A DNA stretch of 64,000 bases from Candidatus Levybacteria bacterium RIFCSPHIGHO2_01_FULL_40_16 (GTDB taxonomy: Bacteria > Patescibacteriota > Microgenomatia > Levybacterales > UBA12049), in NCBI GenBank assembly GCA_001783805.1, contig MFNS01000005.1, positions 1,636-65,635 of the forward strand. The letters run 5' to 3'. A program made the position numbers and the translations under genes. How positions within the stretch are numbered: position 1 is the stretch's first letter; every line of letters starts with the position of its first letter. Positions 56,885 to 64,000 of the stretch are shown in pieces. Under the pieces are notes generated by a model. That model was not told the DNA's origin, made no database searches, and worked only from the letters and a program-made list of their open reading frames with translations.

Positions 56885-57793
56885 ATGGATTTTCAATTTT
56901 TACAAAATCCGCTAAGTAAAAAATGGGTGATTTTGGCGCCTCGGAGGGCAAAACGTCCGGATATAGCAAAAGGAATGGAGCCGGTTTGCCCCTTTTGTCC
57001 GGGAAAAGAGGGTCAAGAGAAAGAAGTTTATCGGATTGGCGGCAGGGATACGGACAGCAAATGGCAAATCCGTGTATTAAATAATAAATTTCCTTTCGCA
57101 CCCATTCATGAAATCGTCATTCTTTCTCCGGATCATCACAAAAGCTTTGGCGAATTATCTCTATCGCAAGTCGAATTGATTTTAAAAACTTACCGCCAGC
57201 GTTACAATACCCACAAAGAAAAAGGACAAGTGTATATTTTTCATAATCATGGGGCGGCGGGAGGAGAGAGTTTACCTCATCCGCACACGCAACTTGCAGT
57301 AATACCCTCGGAAATAACTTTGGATATTCCCCGTCTGGCAACTCCAATGGAAATGGAAATTGCGGCAAAAGACCAGATCTTCAAGGAAACCAAGTATTTT
57401 GCGATCTTTTGCCCTAAAACTTCACAGTGGCCTGATGAGGTTTGGATCGCACCAAAGGAGCGGGGGAATCTTTTCAGTTCAATCAAAGATCCACAGATTT
57501 CGGATTTGGCATTTGCGCTTTCACGGTTAATCCAAATTTTTGACCTTCGCCACGGCTTGGAATTTCCATTTAATTTTTATATTTATCCGGGAGGGGATTG
57601 GTACTTAAGGATTCTTCCCAGAGTTAAGGTTTTGGGCGGATTTGAAGTTGGAACCGGAATCATGGTCAATACCCAAGATCCTAGAGAAACTATTGAATTT
57701 ATCAAAGAACATTTTGATCAGCCAGCAGGCGGAGCGGATGAGGAAAAAATCAGAACAATCCACCGCGCTAATTACCACAAAGAGGGGGTTTAG
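56885..57793 (+). CDS. galT: Galactose-1-phosphate uridylyltransferase-like protein
   Basis: 'WVILAPRRAKRP', 'CPFCPG', 'NKFP', 'G.SLPHPHTQ'. Confidence 0.85.
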   Translation: MDFQFLQNPLSKKWVILAPRRAKRPDIAKGMEPVCPFCPGKEGQEKEVYRIGGRDTDSKWQIRVLNNKFPFAPIHEIVILSPDHHKSFGELSLSQVELILKTYRQRYNTHKEKGQVYIFHNHGAAGGESLPHPHTQLAVIPSEITLDIPRLATPMEMEIAAKDQIFKETKYFAIFCPKTSQWPDEVWIAPKERGNLFSSIKDPQISDLAFALSRLIQIFDLRHGLEFPFNFYIYPGGDWYLRILPRVKVLGGFEVGTGIMVNTQDPRETIEFIKEHFDQPAGGADEEKIRTIHRANYHKEGV

Positions 57794-58050
57794 GACCTGG
57801 GGTTGACGTAGATGTGGACTTCGTCTTTATAGACCCTGACAATACCGTTTCCGATTTGAATTTCCCGACTTTCTTTTGGGGTGAGGTGGATGATTACTTT
57901 GTCTTTGATAAGGCTAATGAAGTTTTCATGCTGGCCCAAAATATCGAAAACCCCTTTGTCATTAACAGCGGTTACCGCATAAACCTGTCCGCTATACAAA
58001 ACTCTGTCTCGGTTTTTGATAATAACAGTGAGAATAGAATCTTTAAGCAT
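57790..58050 (-). CDS. atpC: F1 epsilon-like subunit, N-terminal beta-sandwich only
   Basis: 'LTVII....VLYSGQV.AV.....GVFDIL..HENFISLI'; 86 aa, no C-terminal helices; last gene of the operon. Confidence 0.75.
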   Translation of the reverse strand: MLKDSILTVIIKNRDRVLYSGQVYAVTAVNDKGVFDILGQHENFISLIKDKVIIHLTPKESREIQIGNGIVRVYKDEVHIYVNPRS

Positions 58051-58252
58051 GTTTTCGCCTTCTGCATCTCCATTTCATGTTTGGCTCCGGAAACAGAAAT
58101 TTTCTTGTCGACGGCTCACTTTCTTTTTTGGTTGCGCTTGCGTTATTAATATCTCTTAACAACCTTGATTGCGCAGCCTGATTCTTATCGACTTGCGAAA
58201 ATTTGTTTCCTTCGCCAAATCAGACTTGGTCTCGGCAGACCTAGACTGACAA

Positions 58253-59653
<1,401 letters not shown>

Positions 59654-60520
59654 TCACTTCCAGAGCTGTATGCTGGCGAACTTCTCTGCTTGCCTTTTGT
59701 TTTTTTCCTGGTGTTTAATCCTGTTTTTCGCAAGAATTGCCTGTTTTAATCTGGTTTTTGCATTTTCCGTAGCAGCATCCAAAGAAACCATGCGGGCTGC
59801 AAATTTGGCAAGTTCCGACTCGAAGATTGTCTGGACGAAAATAGACGCAAAGATTTCCTTTTCAAAAAATTCCATGATTTTTTCAAGAGAAGGTTCGAAA
59901 AAGTATCTTGCTTGCGGTCCGCCTTTTTCCCAAGGCAAAGGATCTCCGGAGATATTGGTCACAATCGGAGATTGATTAATTACATTATTAAACTGTTCAT
60001 AAAAAACCAGCACTTTTTCGTATTGAATAAGGTGCTCAACGATTTTCCGGACGACATCGTTATCCATTCGATTGTCGGGGAATTCAAAATAAGTCAGGGG
60101 AAAGCTGATTTTGTCCTCCTTGAAGAATTCAAGCCCAAGACGCCCCAGGATAGCAACATCGCCCGGCTCTTTTTTGAGATTTTCGATAAATACATCATAG
60201 GTTTTGCGGATGACCTCTCCATACAGACCCGTATTAGCAGAGATAAGCAGATAGAGAGTCTTGCCATTCCTTTTTATAAAGGTGAGCTTGGACGGATCTT
60301 TTATTTTCTTGGTTCTCATCAAAAGCTCGATTTGAGTCTTGTAGGATATTTTGACTTGCTGAAAAATTGCATTTATTTCCAGCAAAAAATCCCGGCTTCC
60401 CAAGACGCTACTCCGGATACGGGCCATCCTGGTTGCGGCAATCTCTTCGTACGTTTCCAGTATTGTCTGAAGAGTCGTCAGAAATTCTGTTTCCCGTGTC
60501 AGTTCTCTTTTAGTAACCAT
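59654..60520 (-). CDS. atpG: F1 ATPase gamma subunit (divergent)
   Basis: 'LLISANTGLYG', 'FFEPS', 'SE.A..AARMVSLDAATENA'; located between alpha and beta. Confidence 0.88.
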   Translation of the reverse strand: MVTKRELTRETEFLTTLQTILETYEEIAATRMARIRSSVLGSRDFLLEINAIFQQVKISYKTQIELLMRTKKIKDPSKLTFIKRNGKTLYLLISANTGLYGEVIRKTYDVFIENLKKEPGDVAILGRLGLEFFKEDKISFPLTYFEFPDNRMDNDVVRKIVEHLIQYEKVLVFYEQFNNVINQSPIVTNISGDPLPWEKGGPQARYFFEPSLEKIMEFFEKEIFASIFVQTIFESELAKFAARMVSLDAATENAKTRLKQAILAKNRIKHQEKNKRQAEKFASIQLWK

Positions 60521-60539
60521 AATGGTTTTTTGTCTTTCT

Positions 60540-62012
60540 TCAGCTTTTTAGACTGGATAAGAGTTGTTCTCCTTTTTCTCTCATAGTTTTTAGCATATCG
60601 TTGAAAGTTTTTGCCTCGGCTATAACCCCATCAATCACTTTGCTAACGTTTGGTTTGGTTTTATATGTTTCGATCATTTTGTTAATGTCTGTTCCGACCG
60701 GCTCAACATTTCTGTTTTGTAAAATATTATCCCAAAGCATGGAAAATAAAAGTATTTGTAAATTAATAGGCATAGTCGTGAAAGGTCCCTGATCCAAAAA
60801 CCTGATCACTCTTTCGCCAACCGCCAAAGTTACCTTGCTGGCTTCGGTGAGCTCTGCTCCAAAATGAGAAAAATTTTGCATTTTTTCGGAAATCGTCAGG
60901 AAAGAAAGAATCTCGCGATTGATGTCTCTTTTCAAGGGAGACTGGGTTTGTCTGCCAACCCTGGTTACGGACAGGAAGGGGTTGATAGCCGGTCTTCTTC
61001 CTTTGGCAAAAAAATCGGAATCAAAATATAAATGGCCGTCTGTCATGGACATAATATTGGTTTGGATATAGCCGGACAAATCCCCCTGTACGGTTTCAGC
61101 TACGGGCAAACAAGTAATTGCCTTTTCGCCTTTAGATGTTTGGAAATTTCCTGCCCGCTCTAAGAGCTTGGCGTGGGTGTAGAAAGTATCTCCGGGGTAG
61201 GAGTTGCGTCCCGGAAATTTTTTGCCCAAGAGCGAAATTTCTCTATAGAATTTGGCATGCGTAGTTAAATCATCAAGTATCAGCAGTACATCGTATCCTT
61301 CGTCTCTAAAATACTCTGCTACAGTCATAGCGGAGAAGGGAACAAGAAAAGAAAGCCCGATGGGATCATCAAAGCCTGTTGCGACAATAATTACCTGATC
61401 GGAAATTCCGTGTTTTATTAAAAAATTTTCAGCATCTTTAATGTCAAGTCTTCTTTTGCCAATCGCAGCGTAGATGCAAATGTGTTTTTGCTTGGCCTGG
61501 GTTAAAATCGTCTGCATCAGAAAATTTGTTTTGCCTGTTTTTCTGTCCCCGATAACCAGTTCTTTTTGGCCGAATCCTAAAGGCATAACCAAGTCGACAA
61601 CCGGTATGCCTGTTTCAAGCTGCTTATTGATGGTTTTTCGGGACAAAATGCCTGCAGGCAAAACATTTATTCCCCGGGTAACAGAGGGTTTTTTATAGGC
61701 AGCCATTGCGGTTAGGGAATTTCCGAGGGGATCAATTGTTCTTCCGAAAAGCTCTTTTCCAACCGGCACTTTGAGGAATTCATTGGTTCTGACTACTTTT
61801 GTGCCATGACTGATGGATTCTTTGAAAAAAACCAACACTACTACGGTATCAGAAGTAAATGACAGCACGATTCCTGTTTTGCCTGTCTCAAAAATGACTA
61901 TTTCATCAGTTTTGACTTTCGGAAGACCGCTGACGTAAACAATTGCATTGGAGGTTTTTTCCACAAAGCCAATTTCCGATATGGAATCTAAGTAAAATTT
62001 AAAATCCTTCAT
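60540..62012 (-). CDS. atpA: F1 ATPase alpha subunit (divergent)
   Basis: 'GQKELVIGDRKTGKT', 'DDLTTHA..YREISLL', 'PGR..YPGD', Arg finger 'SVTRVG'. Confidence 0.95.
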   Translation of the reverse strand: MKDFKFYLDSISEIGFVEKTSNAIVYVSGLPKVKTDEIVIFETGKTGIVLSFTSDTVVVLVFFKESISHGTKVVRTNEFLKVPVGKELFGRTIDPLGNSLTAMAAYKKPSVTRGINVLPAGILSRKTINKQLETGIPVVDLVMPLGFGQKELVIGDRKTGKTNFLMQTILTQAKQKHICIYAAIGKRRLDIKDAENFLIKHGISDQVIIVATGFDDPIGLSFLVPFSAMTVAEYFRDEGYDVLLILDDLTTHAKFYREISLLGKKFPGRNSYPGDTFYTHAKLLERAGNFQTSKGEKAITCLPVAETVQGDLSGYIQTNIMSMTDGHLYFDSDFFAKGRRPAINPFLSVTRVGRQTQSPLKRDINREILSFLTISEKMQNFSHFGAELTEASKVTLAVGERVIRFLDQGPFTTMPINLQILLFSMLWDNILQNRNVEPVGTDINKMIETYKTKPNVSKVIDGVIAEAKTFNDMLKTMREKGEQLLSSLKS

Positions 62013-62080
62013 ATCGCGAATGCGATTTACACTGATTAGAAACAGATTCTCGCTGATCTCTATCTGCGTCTATCCGCTTT

Positions 62081-62566
62081 TTATCGGCGAGAATCAGGCT
62101 GTATGAGTTTTAGCACGGCATTTTTATTTGCAAAGGTGTCTTCAATGCCCTTTTTAAGAGTAAAGTCAGAATATTTTCCATTAAAGATTACAACCGCGCC
62201 TCCCAGCAAATCTTGCGAAATTTCAATGTCCAGAATATAGCCAATACCCAAAGTTTCCTTGACGAAATTATGGATATTCTCAATTGTTTTGCGGGTCGGA
62301 TCAAAAGCCAGAACAAGCTTAATAACCTTAAATTTTTTTAAAAGCCCCTTCAGAGTTTCAAGAAATCCGGCAACTGTATCCCTGTCATTAATGTCAAGAT
62401 TATTTTTTGAAAAAACCTCCTTTATTTTTTGGGCGGAATTTGAGCTGATTGAGTCGAGCGTCTTTCCCAGCATAAGCGTATCGATTTCGGAAGCAAAACT
62501 GGCTACTTCCTGTACGGTTTTTAAAGAGGTGATCAAGTCAAAATAAATTAAAACGTCCTTCTTCAT
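62081..62566 (-). CDS. atpH: F1 delta/OSCP-like subunit
   Basis: C-terminal 'LDIEISQDLLGGAVVIFNGKYSDFTLK' matches the delta 'VDP.LIGG..I..G....D.S' pattern; position upstream of alpha. Confidence 0.75.
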   Translation of the reverse strand: MKKDVLIYFDLITSLKTVQEVASFASEIDTLMLGKTLDSISSNSAQKIKEVFSKNNLDINDRDTVAGFLETLKGLLKKFKVIKLVLAFDPTRKTIENIHNFVKETLGIGYILDIEISQDLLGGAVVIFNGKYSDFTLKKGIEDTFANKNAVLKLIQPDSRR

Positions 62567-62571
62567 TTCAA

Positions 62572-63273
62572 CTACTTAAACACGCCTCCTTTCTTAGCTT
62601 TTTCCAGAGATTTCTCGATTAAGTCTTCATGGTCAGCAAGGCTAAGCGCTTTTCCCAAGACCTCCTTGGTTATTTTTTCCAAAAGTTCATAAATTCCTGA
62701 ATCTATTTTTTGCAACTCTTCCTTTTTATAATCTTCCAGTTCTTTTTTTGAAGCTAGGTAATCGGTATTTATTTTTTCCCTGACTTCCTTTTGGGAAAAG
62801 AGAGTTAATTTTTGCATCGACTCTTTAAAATTTTTCACCTCTGCCATGGTGTTTTCCTCGATGTCCTTTGATACGTTCTGAAATACTTCGATGTTGTTTG
62901 TTTTTAGATCTTTAAGGACTTGAGAATAAATATTGGCAAAATCGGAAGTTGCTTTTTCAAACTCTTTAATTTGGATGGAGGAGATGCGCGCCAAATTCTC
63001 CTTAAAGTTCTCAGAAGCAATGTCGGTTGACAGCGTAACCTTATTGATGATATCCAAAGCCTGATTATTGGCGTCATCGATGATTTTTATTGCTTTTGCT
63101 CTGGCTATATCGAGTAAGTCCGCATTCTTTTTATAAGCTTCATCTTTCAGGTTCAGGTTGGCATGGAGGGTTTTTGTAATGCGTGATAAATAAAAAACAA
63201 TCGCTACCAGAGTTAGGGTTAGGATCAGTATGCTGACTGCCATATCGAAAAATATTATGGGCGTAATATTCAT
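62572..63273 (-). CDS. atpF: Subunit b-like peripheral stalk protein (long)
   Basis: Single N-terminal TM, long charged coiled coil, b-like C-terminus 'ITKEVLGKALS..DHEDLIEKSL'. Confidence 0.65.
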   Translation of the reverse strand: MNITPIIFFDMAVSILILTLTLVAIVFYLSRITKTLHANLNLKDEAYKKNADLLDIARAKAIKIIDDANNQALDIINKVTLSTDIASENFKENLARISSIQIKEFEKATSDFANIYSQVLKDLKTNNIEVFQNVSKDIEENTMAEVKNFKESMQKLTLFSQKEVREKINTDYLASKKELEDYKKEELQKIDSGIYELLEKITKEVLGKALSLADHEDLIEKSLEKAKKGGVFK

Positions 63274-63280
63274 ATTTTTT

Positions 63281-64000
63281 CTAGAGAATAAGAATCAGAT
63301 AGCCAATTCCAAGTCCGACAAGTATAATCACAATCATAAAGGCAAGATTAAGAGCCAGATTTAGCTGAATTGTCCGGCTGGCTAAGGGGTTTCTTCCCAA
63401 AGCTTCAACTCCGCGCGTGGTAACTCGGCCGAAGTAAACAAAACCGATAGTAAACGAAATTAAAACTATACCCACTGCCAAAACGTATCTAAGCGAGGTT
63501 GCCTGAGTTAAAGTGCTAGGGTCTGATGCGTTTCTTAGGATCTCCAAAATGTTAGTTTTGGCGTCTACAAAAGAGGCGTTGAAGTGGGGGGCAACAGCCA
63601 CCAGGATTTTTCCGGTCGCCTTCTGATTTGAATTGCTGTAATCTTCTAAGGCAGTTCCCAAAACCATGCCGTTTCTGGTTGCTTTTTGACCGATACCCGC
63701 AATGGTTGAGGTAGTAATAAAGTCGTTTTTCTTGATATCTCCATTGATTGAGGAAACTAACACATTGGCCTTGCCCATCGTTGTGACCGGTTTTGTTTGC
63801 GGATCACTGGTATTTTGCAGAAAAATAGAGGGCGACTGTGTGTAGATGCCGTACATATTTGAGTCATAGGCTGTGGCTGTCAGTCCATAACCTTTGGGTG
63901 TTGAGGCAATGATGCTGCCGTCTGCAACGTCATTATCGATAATGGGAATGGAGATTGCGGTACCGACAGATTTACTTTGGGCATAAGCTAAGATTGGCAA
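63281..64000 (-). CDS. Secreted-domain / subunit-c-like fusion protein (5' end outside the window)
   Basis: AYA-Q signal-peptidase-like site, beta-rich ectodomain, then two TM helices joined by 'GVEALGRNPLA'; occupies the atpE position. Confidence 0.75.
   Translation of the reverse strand: MPILAYAQSKSVGTAISIPIIDNDVADGSIIASTPKGYGLTATAYDSNMYGIYTQSPSIFLQNTSDPQTKPVTTMGKANVLVSSINGDIKKNDFITTSTIAGIGQKATRNGMVLGTALEDYSNSNQKATGKILVAVAPHFNASFVDAKTNILEILRNASDPSTLTQATSLRYVLAVGIVLISFTIGFVYFGRVTTRGVEALGRNPLASRTIQLNLALNLAFMIVIILVGLGIGYLILIL

Noticed and set aside
59912-60586. 224-aa plus-strand ORF
   Set aside because: Antisense to atpG with no recognisable features; other short ORFs nested in housekeeping genes were dismissed for the same reason.

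Overview
Chromosomal segment of a small-genome, low-GC bacterium using genetic code 11. Gene content and style suggest Patescibacteria/CPR, probably Microgenomates (inference). Housekeeping content: 3' end of 23S rRNA, 5S rRNA, four tRNAs, rpsA, radA, rho, leuS, argS, ndk, mreB, comEA/comEC, two HigBA-like toxin-antitoxin pairs, glycosyltransferases, glgA/galT, DsbA/VKOR and a sortase. Four things stand out. (1) A divergent F1-type ATPase operon (b, delta, alpha, gamma, beta, short epsilon) whose subunit-c position holds a secreted protein: an extracellular beta-domain fused to a c-like helical hairpin (GVEALGRNP loop) with no ion-binding carboxylate. This is a candidate non-ion-translocating rotary motor. 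(2) A 1481-aa membrane protein with two cytoplasmic integrase core-binding (SAM-like) domains, no catalytic domain, and a fibre-like ectodomain that shares a domain with the c-like protein. (3) A four-copy, covarying 170-230 nt structured dispersed element, plus many short palindromic or heptamer repeats inserted in frame in conserved genes. (4) Orphan genes flanked by duplicated ends of core loci (histidine-kinase 3' end three times with mostly synonymous changes, 5S rRNA 3' end twice, a promoter twice). All calls come from reading motifs by eye; no database searches were run.
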